NCBI GenBank assembly: GCA_027049085.1
Contig: JALTVH010000283.1
Coordinates: 1-33,757 of the forward strand
Origin: Aquificaceae bacterium
Lineage (GTDB): Bacteria; Aquificota; Aquificia; Aquificales; Aquificaceae
Direction: 5' to 3'
DNA length: 33,757 bases
A program made the translations under genes and the position numbers. Shown in pieces: positions 25,572-33,757 of the stretch (the stretch's first letter is position 1; every line of letters starts with the position of its first letter). The notes under the pieces were generated by a model, which was not told the origin of the DNA, made no database searches, and saw only the letters and a list, made by a program, of their open reading frames with translations.

Positions 25572-28070
25572 ATGCCCTGCGAGAAGATAATTGTCTTAGA
25601 GAATGGTGCTGACCTTGATGCTCTTTCCTGTGCCCTCGCCGTTCAGAAAATATATGCTGATTCGAAACTCCTGAAGCCTCGCTACCTTTCGCGCAGATCC
25701 AGTGCTGTTTTCAAAGATTTCAGTCATCTGTTCAATGTAATAGAATATCTGCCCGAGAAGTTTGATCTGATTATTGTTGATTCAGCCCATGTACCTCATC
25801 AGGTACCAATGGAAAAGATCTCAAGAGTTATCAGATACGACCATCATCCCGATGCAGAAATACGGAAATTTGAGGGAAGGGTTGACAAGGTAGGTTCAGC
25901 AACAACCCTTGCCGTTGAAGAGCTTATGGAAAAGAAAGTCAAGTTGTCGGAGGACGAAGCCACTGTGATAGCCCTCGGAATTTACGAAGACACCGGAAAC
26001 CTCACCTTTGAGGGAACCACCGAGAGAGATGTCAAAGCCCTTGCGTGGCTGATCTCTCAGGGAGCAAACCTTAAAACCATAAGGAAATACATTCACGAAA
26101 GTTATACCCGGGAACAGCTTGAGGCTGTCCAGAAGATCCTTTCTTCAATTGAGAAGATTTACCTTGAGGGGGCTGAGATCGCAATGGCGACGGCGGTGCT
26201 GAAGGAATACCAGCCTGATGTTAACAGCCTCCTTTACGAGGTAAAGGACCTTAAGGAAGCAGACGCCTTTTTTGTGATAATTGAGGCTGAAAGGAAAACC
26301 TACGTCTTTGGAAGGTCACAGTCTCCATTAATTGATGCGGGAAAGGTGCTTTCCTCACTGGGAGGGGGCGGACACGAAGAAGCAGGTGCGGTCAAGCTGG
26401 AGAACGTTTCTGCGGAAAGGGTAAAGGAAATACTCAAGGACCTGATCAAAGGTGAAAAGGTGCCTTCCTACAGGGTCAGAGACATAATGACCACCCCTCC
26501 CTTTTATCTAAGGTCCGGTGACATGGTCAGGGATGCCCTTGAGGAGCTCTCTGCAAGGGGCATTGCCAACGCACCAGTTATTGATGAAGAGGGAAAGGTG
26601 GTTGGAATTATTTCAAAAAAAGCACTACTGAAGGTGTCAAAGGCCTTTCCGGATAAAGGTATAAGGTCTTTTCTCAACACTGAGTTTCACCATCTGAGTC
26701 CGGATTCCCCCATCTGGGAAGCGGAGGAAATCGTTACCAAATACGGCCAGAAGCTCATACCAGTGATCGAAAAAGATAGGCTCATTGGTGTGGTAACGCG
26801 CTTTGATGTCCTCCAGAGACTCAGGAAGGACCTGAGGCGGTTCAAGGCTCAGAAAAAGAAGATCCGCCTCCCACCAAACATCAGCGGGATATCAGAGGAG
26901 ATCGGCGAGATCTCTCAGCTGAAAGGTTACCGAGCCTACCTTGTGGGCGGTGTAGTAAGGGACATTCTCCTTGGCAAGGAGATATTTGACCTTGATCTGG
27001 TAATTGAGGGAAATGCTATAGAGATAGCCTGTGAGCTTGCAAAGAAACACGGTGTAGAGTGCCATACCTTTCAGGAATTCGGAACCGCCCATCTCAAGAT
27101 AGGGAACTTAAAAATTGAGTTCGCAACAACAAGGCGTGAAACCTACCCCCATCCCGGGTCTTACCCCCTTGTGGAACCATCCTCCATCAAGGAGGACCTT
27201 ATCAGGAGAGACTTTACCATTAACGCGATGGCTATTTCCATAAACCCCGGAGATTTTGGAACTCTCATTGACTTCTTCGGCGGATTGAGGGACCTGAAGG
27301 ACAGATTAATAAGGGTAATTCATCCCGTCAGTTTCGTAGAAGACCCCGTCAGGATCCTCAGAGCCCTGAGGTTTGCTGGGCGACTTGATTTCAATTTATC
27401 TAAAAACACGGCTTCACTCCTTACCGAAGCGGTGGAGCTGGGCCTTTTAAAGGTTGCTCCAAGGGGAAGAATAATCTCTGAAGTCAGACTCGCCCTTAAA
27501 GAAGACAGGCTTTTAGAGATCCTCAACCTGTATAAAAAGTTCAGGGTTCTGGAACAGATTATTGAAGGCTTCCAATGGAAGGAATCTCTATTTGAGGAAC
27601 TCCTTGAACTAAAAAAGGTTACGGACTGGCACAGTCTGGAGTTTCCGGACGAGAGGATAGATTACGGGTGGGTATATCTCATGCTCATTCTCAGATCAAC
27701 GAGGGAATCCACAGCCATGGGATTCCTCAAAGAGACATCATCACCATCGTGGGTTAGAGAAAATACCCCGTATCTTTTTATGATTAACAGGTTTCGATTA
27801 AAGTTAAAGAAAGCAACAAAACCATCGGAAATCTACAGAATCCTTAAAAATCTCCACCTCAGTGTGCTTCTGGTCCTTATGACCTTCGGTGAACTCAGGG
27901 AAAAGGTCAAGCTTTATCTTGAAAAGCTCAGGAACATCAAAATCCCTGGCGAACAAATAGAAGAGTTAAAGAAAAAAGGGTATGAGGGTAAAAAACTTGG
28001 TGAAGCCATAGAAAAGCTCAAGAGTGATCAAATGGATAGGGCTTTTTCCTATATAATGGAAAAGTCATGA
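25572..28070 (+). CDS. cca: tRNA nucleotidyltransferase, class II, DHH-DHHA1-CBS-NTase architecture (probably the A-adding enzyme)
   Basis: DHH motifs (DLDA, YDHH, DTG, GGGGH), CBS pair, NTase motifs GGVVRD..DLDLV, RRDFTINA, EDPVRILRALRF. Confidence 0.88.
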   Translation: MPCEKIIVLENGADLDALSCALAVQKIYADSKLLKPRYLSRRSSAVFKDFSHLFNVIEYLPEKFDLIIVDSAHVPHQVPMEKISRVIRYDHHPDAEIRKFEGRVDKVGSATTLAVEELMEKKVKLSEDEATVIALGIYEDTGNLTFEGTTERDVKALAWLISQGANLKTIRKYIHESYTREQLEAVQKILSSIEKIYLEGAEIAMATAVLKEYQPDVNSLLYEVKDLKEADAFFVIIEAERKTYVFGRSQSPLIDAGKVLSSLGGGGHEEAGAVKLENVSAERVKEILKDLIKGEKVPSYRVRDIMTTPPFYLRSGDMVRDALEELSARGIANAPVIDEEGKVVGIISKKALLKVSKAFPDKGIRSFLNTEFHHLSPDSPIWEAEEIVTKYGQKLIPVIEKDRLIGVVTRFDVLQRLRKDLRRFKAQKKKIRLPPNISGISEEIGEISQLKGYRAYLVGGVVRDILLGKEIFDLDLVIEGNAIEIACELAKKHGVECHTFQEFGTAHLKIGNLKIEFATTRRETYPHPGSYPLVEPSSIKEDLIRRDFTINAMAISINPGDFGTLIDFFGGLRDLKDRLIRVIHPVSFVEDPVRILRALRFAGRLDFNLSKNTASLLTEAVELGLLKVAPRGRIISEVRLALKEDRLLEILNLYKKFRVLEQIIEGFQWKESLFEELLELKKVTDWHSLEFPDERIDYGWVYLMLILRSTRESTAMGFLKETSSPSWVRENTPYLFMINRFRLKLKKATKPSEIYRILKNLHLSVLLVLMTFGELREKVKLYLEKLRNIKIPGEQIEELKKKGYEGKKLGEAIEKLKSDQMDRAFSYIMEKS

Positions 28071-29278
28071 AGCTTGCCTTTTTAAAGATAGGAGAACTGG
28101 AAGGAAGCCTGAAACATATCAATGCCCTGATATCAGACCTGAAGGGGAGAGGTGTAGAAATTGAGGAAATAAAGCTCGACCCTCAGGAGATTCAGAAGAC
28201 TGTTGATGCCCTTTCGGAATTTAAACCCAACTTCACACTGGACATCAATGGTACGGGTATCATAGTTGGTGAGCAGGAGGGGAAGAAGATGCCCCTCCAC
28301 GACCTCTTTGGATTTGTCCACTTTTCCATTTTTACTGAGGAGCCATTCCTGCACTTTCCTAACCTTTTCGGCCTGTCTCAGAACAGGAATATGGTTGCCC
28401 TTGTAACAGATATTAAGTACGTTGACAGCCTCAGATACCTGAAGGTAGAAAATGTTAGCTACGTTACCCCCTTCCTTGACTTCTCAATATTCCCACCCGA
28501 ACCTTCCGAAAAGGAGTTTGACGTAACCTTCATAGGACCGGTTATAAATCCTGAGATAGTTGTTAACTCCGTTCGCCAGAACCTTCCAGAAAATATATTT
28601 CCCCTCTTCATTGAGTCGGGTGAGTTTATGTTCAGGAATCCGGAGGTCAATTCGTTAACAGCGGTCAACTACATACTGAGCATATTCAACCCACAGTTTC
28701 AAGAAGAATTTGGAAAGTGGAAAAAGGAAAATGAGGAAGCCTTTTTAAGGCTCCTCAACGACATCTCCATTTACGCGTCCATGAGAAAGAGGTGGTATAT
28801 ATTAAACTTTCTTGAAGGGATTAACCTCAAGGTGGTTGGTGATTTTCAGGGTGATCTTCTTGAAGATCACGAGCAGATAAAGGCTGATTCATACGAGGAA
28901 CTCATTGAGATCTACGGCAAATCTTATCTTTCTATTCTCAGCTTTCCTGCAACGGTCCCAACAGGGATAGGTTTCACTCCCCTTGAGGTTTCAGCCATGG
29001 GTTCCGCAGTGATGATAGACTACAGAGGAACACTCCCCGGATTCCTCACACCCGGAGAGGAGGTAATAGCCTATATGCCCCTCGACAGGGCAGACATAGA
29101 GGAAAAAGTTCTTTACTACCTTGAAAACCTCCAAGAAGCGGTGGAAATAGGAAGAAAGGCGAGAGATGCGGTCATTAACAGATACAGAGTTGACGACAGA
29201 GCTGAATTCCTTTTCAAAATGATGAACGACATAATGTCTCAGGCCCAGGCTCAGTCCCAGGAAGCCGAACAAAAATAA
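28067..29278 (+). CDS. GT-B glycosyltransferase-like protein (CgeB/Glyco_trans_1_2-like)
   Basis: FDVTFIG and C-terminal LEVSAMG..D..F..GEEVIAY..EKVLYYL..IGRKAR pattern; ATGA overlap with the upstream gene. Confidence 0.68.
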   Translation: MKLAFLKIGELEGSLKHINALISDLKGRGVEIEEIKLDPQEIQKTVDALSEFKPNFTLDINGTGIIVGEQEGKKMPLHDLFGFVHFSIFTEEPFLHFPNLFGLSQNRNMVALVTDIKYVDSLRYLKVENVSYVTPFLDFSIFPPEPSEKEFDVTFIGPVINPEIVVNSVRQNLPENIFPLFIESGEFMFRNPEVNSLTAVNYILSIFNPQFQEEFGKWKKENEEAFLRLLNDISIYASMRKRWYILNFLEGINLKVVGDFQGDLLEDHEQIKADSYEELIEIYGKSYLSILSFPATVPTGIGFTPLEVSAMGSAVMIDYRGTLPGFLTPGEEVIAYMPLDRADIEEKVLYYLENLQEAVEIGRKARDAVINRYRVDDRAEFLFKMMNDIMSQAQAQSQEAEQK

Positions 29279-29931
29279 TGTTTCCAGGCTTCGGCACCCT
29301 GGTCAACTTTGCCCTTGTTCTTGTGGGAAGCTACATTGGGCTGAGAGGTTCAACCTTCATCAATCCAGCAATAAGGAAAGGCGTTATCCACGGCATAGGT
29401 CTCTTTACCTTCCTCCTCGGTGTGAAACTCATGACAGAAAACAAACCAGAATTGCTCAAGGTTTTCTTAATCTTAGTTTTTGGAACCGCCCTTGGCTACC
29501 TACTTGACCTTGAGGGCAAGATCTCAAGATTGTCAAGGGCCGGGGAGGACTCCGCAAAGGGCTTTATAACAGCTTCCCTTCTCTTTACGGTGGGACCCAT
29601 GACCCTTCTTGGATGTATCCTTGAAGGGACAAAGGGAGACAGCTCACTGATACTCTCTAAAGCAACGATGGACGGCTTTTCATCCGTGATTCTTGCCTCT
29701 TCCCTTGGTCGGGGAGTAATGTTCTCATCCTTGTTTGTTCTTATCTTTCAGGGAACGATAACTCTCCTTGCCTTCTTTTTTGGGGACTTCCTTGATAAAC
29801 AGTCCATGGCAAACAGCCTTTTTATGGGCGGGGGGATGATGGTTGTTATAGCCCTTAAGCTGTGGGGACTCCTTGAGGAGGTAAAGAGCGTGAACCTCTT
29901 AGTTCCCCTTATCGCCTCCCTCTTTATCTGA
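29278..29931 (+). CDS. DUF554 family membrane protein
   Basis: GTLVN..GSYIG, GFITASLLFTVGPMTLLG, KATMDG..ASSLGRGV, FQG. Confidence 0.88.
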   Translation: MFPGFGTLVNFALVLVGSYIGLRGSTFINPAIRKGVIHGIGLFTFLLGVKLMTENKPELLKVFLILVFGTALGYLLDLEGKISRLSRAGEDSAKGFITASLLFTVGPMTLLGCILEGTKGDSSLILSKATMDGFSSVILASSLGRGVMFSSLFVLIFQGTITLLAFFFGDFLDKQSMANSLFMGGGMMVVIALKLWGLLEEVKSVNLLVPLIASLFI

Positions 29932-31083
29932 TCCGTCCAGCCTGAGCTTTGAGATCTCTGCAAGAGCCTCGTAGATATTGCTGTTGTCAGTTTCCCAGAC
30001 AAAAACACCGTTTCTGTGGAGGATCCACTTTGCCCTTGAGCTGTCGGGATGATGACCGCAGATAACTATGTCTATCCCTTCACGGACAAGGATCCTTGCA
30101 ACGTCCTCCTCAGAGGATACCTGAACCTCCTCAACTCTCGGCTTGCCCTTTCCCTCCTCAAAGATATACATCTTCTTCACATTTCTGAAATCCCTGCAGA
30201 GGGAATCGTCTTCCGAAGAGAAGACCGCAACCCTCAGTCTGCTCCCGTTGGCGGGCTCGTAGTGAATAAAAACCATCTCAACGCTCTCAATTTCCCTTGT
30301 TATCTTTTCCTCAATGGCATCAGCTACGCTGTGGCTCCTCATGAAGCTTCCGGGCTTGAGCAGGATCTCCGCATCAACAAAGAGCTTTCCTCCCGCACTC
30401 CTCACAAGGAGCCTCTTTATCTCCTGGACCTCCCTGAAGGAAAGGATGATATCTCTAATCCTCTCCACAGTTTCCTCATCTGCCGATATATCAAGGATCT
30501 CGCCGAGCTGGCTCTTGAGAAGACCGAAAGCGGTGTAAAGAATAATCCCCACAACAGCAAGGGCAAAGTAGCGGTCGTAGTTGTATCCGAAGTAAACCGC
30601 GCTGAGGCTCACCAGAACCAGCGTTGAACCAAAGGCATCGGTAAGAGTGTGATAGGAATCTGCTACAAGAGTCGGTGAACCGAGCTTCTTTCCCGCACGC
30701 CTCTCAAGAAAGGAAAGAGTAAGGGAGCTGATAAGAGAGAAGATCACGACACCGAGCCCTACCCAGAGGTATTCTTCTTTGATAATTACTTCTCTCGTTA
30801 ATGCCCTCTTCCCTATCTCAAAGGCAGAGAGTATAAGAAAAACGGAAATAACTATGGCACCTATATTCTCAAGCTTGTAAAGCCCGTAGGGAAATCTCTG
30901 GTGCTTCTTTTCTGAGAACTTAATTGAGAGGTAGGCTATTACGGAAGCCATTGAGTCAGAAAGGGAATGGAGCGCTTCACCGACAAGGGATAAACTCCCA
31001 GTCAGAACACCGCCAAGGAACTTAAGACCCGCCTGAGTCAGGTTTAGAAGGAGGGATACAAGAGCCCAGTGGTGCTTTTTCAT
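29899..31083 (-). CDS. Cation diffusion facilitator with C-terminal NifB/NifX-like domain
   Basis: EALHSLSD, FPYGLYKLE, ADSYHTLTD, dimerisation domain ending IHYEP, then an extra ~110 aa alpha/beta domain (RVAV...GIDIVICG). Confidence 0.85.
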   Translation of the reverse strand: MKKHHWALVSLLLNLTQAGLKFLGGVLTGSLSLVGEALHSLSDSMASVIAYLSIKFSEKKHQRFPYGLYKLENIGAIVISVFLILSAFEIGKRALTREVIIKEEYLWVGLGVVIFSLISSLTLSFLERRAGKKLGSPTLVADSYHTLTDAFGSTLVLVSLSAVYFGYNYDRYFALAVVGIILYTAFGLLKSQLGEILDISADEETVERIRDIILSFREVQEIKRLLVRSAGGKLFVDAEILLKPGSFMRSHSVADAIEEKITREIESVEMVFIHYEPANGSRLRVAVFSSEDDSLCRDFRNVKKMYIFEEGKGKPRVEEVQVSSEEDVARILVREGIDIVICGHHPDSSRAKWILHRNGVFVWETDNSNIYEALAEISKLRLDGSDKEGGDKGN

Positions 31084-32021
31084 CGGTTGAGAGCTTTCTT
31101 ATTGTATCCCTGGTAGGTTCCTCTTTCACGGAGAACCCTCTCAACTGCCTGGAGAACTTTGTTTTTATGCCTTGGTGAACAGTAGTCGGGAGCAATTAGC
31201 CTCTCCTCATCAACCTCACCTGTAATACGTTGTATTACAACCTCTTCTGGAAGGATCTCTATAAAATCAGCACAGAGGTTTGCATATTCCTCAAGGGAAA
31301 GAGCCTTTATCTCACCTCTCCTGTACTGATTTGCCATAACGGTTCCCTCAATAATATGGAGGGGATGGATCTTCACACCATCAACAGGTAGAGAGGCTAT
31401 CAGCTTAGCGGTTTCAATAACGTCTTCCCTTGTCTCTCCAGGAAGACCTATTATCACGTGGGCACAGACTTTTAGGGACCTCCTCTTTGTCCTGAGAACC
31501 GCATCTATGAAATCGGAAACGCCGTGGGCTCTGTTGATCCTCTTCAGTGTTTCAAAGTTGGCAGACTGAAGTCCCAGCTCAACCCACACCTCAAGACCCT
31601 TCTGTGCAAAATCCTCAAGGAGGTCAAGGACGGACTCAGGAACACAGTCAGGTCTGGTCCCCACAGCCAGACCCACGACACCCTCAAACTCAAGGGCTGT
31701 GCTGTAGGCTTTTCTCAGATATTCAAGGTCTGCGTAAGTATTGGTATAGGACTGAAAGTAAACAAAAAAGAGGATATCCTCACCGTACTTCCTCTTTGCC
31801 CTCTCAATTCCCTCACGGATCTGGTCCCTCAGGGGAACATCAGCACTGATCATGGAAGGCTTTGATCCCTCACTGCAGAAGGTACAGCCACCCCAGGCTT
31901 TGATCCCGTCCCTGTTGGGGCAGGTCAGGGGAAGGGCAACGGTTACCTTCTGAACTCGCACACCGTATCTGTCTTTGAAGTAGTCCTTGAGAGAGTAATA
32001 AAGAGCTGTGCCTGTTCTCAT
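31080..32021 (-). CDS. Radical SAM protein, TIGR01212/YhcC family
   Basis: TCPNRDG..GGCTFC, YFQSYTNTY, GTRPDC, ELGLQS, INRAH, HVIIGLPGE, GVKIHPLH. Confidence 0.9.
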   Translation of the reverse strand: MRTGTALYYSLKDYFKDRYGVRVQKVTVALPLTCPNRDGIKAWGGCTFCSEGSKPSMISADVPLRDQIREGIERAKRKYGEDILFFVYFQSYTNTYADLEYLRKAYSTALEFEGVVGLAVGTRPDCVPESVLDLLEDFAQKGLEVWVELGLQSANFETLKRINRAHGVSDFIDAVLRTKRRSLKVCAHVIIGLPGETREDVIETAKLIASLPVDGVKIHPLHIIEGTVMANQYRRGEIKALSLEEYANLCADFIEILPEEVVIQRITGEVDEERLIAPDYCSPRHKNKVLQAVERVLRERGTYQGYNKKALNR

Positions 32022-32533
32022 ACCTTCTGGGCTTCTCTCTGAAGTTTCCTGTATTTCTCAAGGGCAAGCCTCCTCCTCCAGGCGGTGAGCCTGTCAAGGA
32101 AGGTTATACCCTTGAGGTGGTCAAGCTCGTGCTGAAAAACTATGGCTGGAAAGCCCTCAAGGTCGTAAACCCTCTCCTTTCCCTCTTCGTCAATAGCTTT
32201 AAGCTGAACCCTTTCAAACCTCTCTACCTCAACGCTCAGACCAGGAAAGGAAAGACATCCCTCCTTGAAGCGAACCTTTCCCTCCGCCTTTATGATTTCA
32301 GGATTTATGAGGACAAGCTTTATGTCAGGAGCATCCTCCTTGATCGTTGTGTCAATCACCATTATGCTCAGGGAAACGCCAACCTGGTTGGCAGCAAGGC
32401 CCACACCTTCGGCGGAGTACATTGTTTCAAACATGTCCTTTATGAGCTGACGAACCTCATCGTCTATCTCATCAACCCTTTCTGTGGGCTTTTGAAGGAT
32501 CTCATTAGGATAGGTTACTATCTCTCTAACCAT
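32018..32533 (-). CDS. def: Peptide deformylase
   Basis: GVGLAANQVG, EGCLS, QHELDHLKG; start set to ATG 32533 (MVREIVTYP). Confidence 0.96.
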   Translation of the reverse strand: MVREIVTYPNEILQKPTERVDEIDDEVRQLIKDMFETMYSAEGVGLAANQVGVSLSIMVIDTTIKEDAPDIKLVLINPEIIKAEGKVRFKEGCLSFPGLSVEVERFERVQLKAIDEEGKERVYDLEGFPAIVFQHELDHLKGITFLDRLTAWRRRLALEKYRKLQREAQKV

Positions 32534-32548
32534 AGTTAAATAATATAG

Positions 32549-33202
32549 GTGGATGTCAGAAAATTCATTGATAATTCTCTTCTTAAACCTAACATCACGT
32601 GGAAGGAAATCGGGGATTTTGTAAGGAAGTCTGAGGAAGTCGGATTCTATGCGGTCTGTATCCATCCCTCAGCGGTCAGATATGCAAGGGAGGTCTCTGA
32701 GGGAAGTATTGTTATCTGTTGCGTCATAGGATTCCCTCTGGGATACTCTGATGTTGAAATTAAGATCCATGAAGCTGTTAGGGCTATAGAAGATGGGGCG
32801 CAGGAACTTGATATAGTCCTAAACCTTGTAGATCTGAAATCGGGAAACTGGAAAAAGGTTGAAGAGGAAGTAAAAGCACTTGTACGTCACGCCCGCTCTG
32901 CGGGCGTCCTTACGAAATTCATAATTGAAACCTGCTACCTAACGGATAAGGAAAAGATTAGAGCAGTTCAACTGCTTGAAGAATGCGGGGCTGACTTTGT
33001 AAAGACCTCAACGGGATTCGGTCATAGCGGTGCAACGGTTGAAGACGTGAGGCTGCTGAAGGAACACGGTAAGGGAATCAAAGTCAAGGCTTCTGGGGGA
33101 ATCAGGACCTATGCAGAGGTGGTTAAAATGATAGAGGCGGGGGCAGACAGGATAGGCACGAGCAGTGGATTTGAGATTTACAGCGAAATGATGGGAGGTT
33201 AA
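32549..33202 (+). CDS. deoC: Deoxyribose-phosphate aldolase
   Basis: IDNSLLKP, VIGFPLG, GAQELDIV, KFIIET, DFVKTSTG, VKASGGIR, RIGTS; GTG start. Confidence 0.96.
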   Translation: MDVRKFIDNSLLKPNITWKEIGDFVRKSEEVGFYAVCIHPSAVRYAREVSEGSIVICCVIGFPLGYSDVEIKIHEAVRAIEDGAQELDIVLNLVDLKSGNWKKVEEEVKALVRHARSAGVLTKFIIETCYLTDKEKIRAVQLLEECGADFVKTSTGFGHSGATVEDVRLLKEHGKGIKVKASGGIRTYAEVVKMIEAGADRIGTSSGFEIYSEMMGG

Positions 33203-33213
33203 ATTAATTAGCC

Positions 33214-33757
33214 ATGAAGTTTCACGAAGAGCTTGAGGAAGCTAAGGAACTTGTTGTCAGCATGGCCAAGAAGGTCCAGGAAGCTATTGATAAAGCCATT
33301 AAGTCCCTGAACGAACAGAACGTTGAGCTTGCTGAAGAGATCATAAAGGAGGACGATGAGATTGATTCCCTTGAGGTTGAAATTGAGAGGCGCTGCATCA
33401 GGATGGTTGCCCTCTACCAGCCAGAGGCAAGCGACCTGAGGCTTGTTATGGGGATTTACAAGATAGTTTCTGACCTTGAAAGGATGGGGGACGAGGCTGA
33501 GAACATTGCAGAGAGGTCAATCTTCCTTGCTCAGGAACCTCCTCTTAAACCTTATGTGAACCTGACGATGATGGCTCAGATGGTCAAGGAGATGGTTGAG
33601 GGGAGCGTTATCGCCTTCCTTCAAAGGGATACAATGCTTGCCAAGAACATAATTGAAAAGGATGACATGATAGATGAGCTTTACCACCAGCTTGAGAGAG
33701 AACTGATTACTTACGTAATGGAAGACCCAAGAAATATCAAGAGAGTAATTCACCTTT
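33214..33757 (+). CDS. phoU: Phosphate signalling protein PhoU (3' truncated by window)
   Basis: Not in the ORF track; read from ATG 33214: MKFHEELEEAKELVVSMA...DDEIDSLEVEIE..LYQPEASDLR..SDLERMGDEAENIA..DDMIDELY, open to the window end. Confidence 0.93.
   Translation, partial: MKFHEELEEAKELVVSMAKKVQEAIDKAIKSLNEQNVELAEEIIKEDDEIDSLEVEIERRCIRMVALYQPEASDLRLVMGIYKIVSDLERMGDEAENIAERSIFLAQEPPLKPYVNLTMMAQMVKEMVEGSVIAFLQRDTMLAKNIIEKDDMIDELYHQLERELITYVMEDPRNIKRVIHL

Noticed and set aside
32534-32665. Long N-terminal extensions in the ORF track (def; also hdrB2, amtB, glnB, rplU, rpmA, ilvB, panD)
   Set aside because: Artefacts of choosing the first start codon; downstream starts match family N-termini and, except for def, have SD sequences.
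33517-33753. 78 aa minus-strand ORF at the window end
   Set aside because: It is the antisense shadow of phoU, which is open on the plus strand from 33214.

Overview
A gene-dense chromosomal window with no mobile elements, CRISPR arrays or RNA genes that I can support. Gene content points to an Aquificaceae-like chemolithoautotroph (inference: sHdr cluster order, stand-alone atpA, glnB-glnA-amtB, DHH-CBS-nucleotidyltransferase). It opens with the 3' part of a sulfur-oxidising heterodisulfide-reductase-like cluster (shdrA-shdrH-shdrC2-shdrB2-dsrE-lbpA-lipS1). Housekeeping genes follow: glyA, panD, atpA, ilvB/ilvH, lspA, purL, rplU-rpmA, a tRNA nucleotidyltransferase, def, deoC and a partial phoU. 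There is also a sigma54-driven glnB-glnA-amtB-porin nitrogen unit. The most unusual element is a four-gene small-GTPase module at 13350-15688: a 2-TM/HAMP-like protein resembling a chemoreceptor without its signalling tip, a roadblock/MglB, a DUF4388 (PATAN-like) protein with a possible winged helix, and an MglA/CvnD-type GTPase. Other notable points are an archaemetzincin-like protein lacking all catalytic zinc ligands but keeping the Cys4 site, a degenerate EAL-HDOD protein, tandem NifA-type enhancer boxes, and several genes that look leaderless. Family assignments come from motif recognition by eye; no searches were run.
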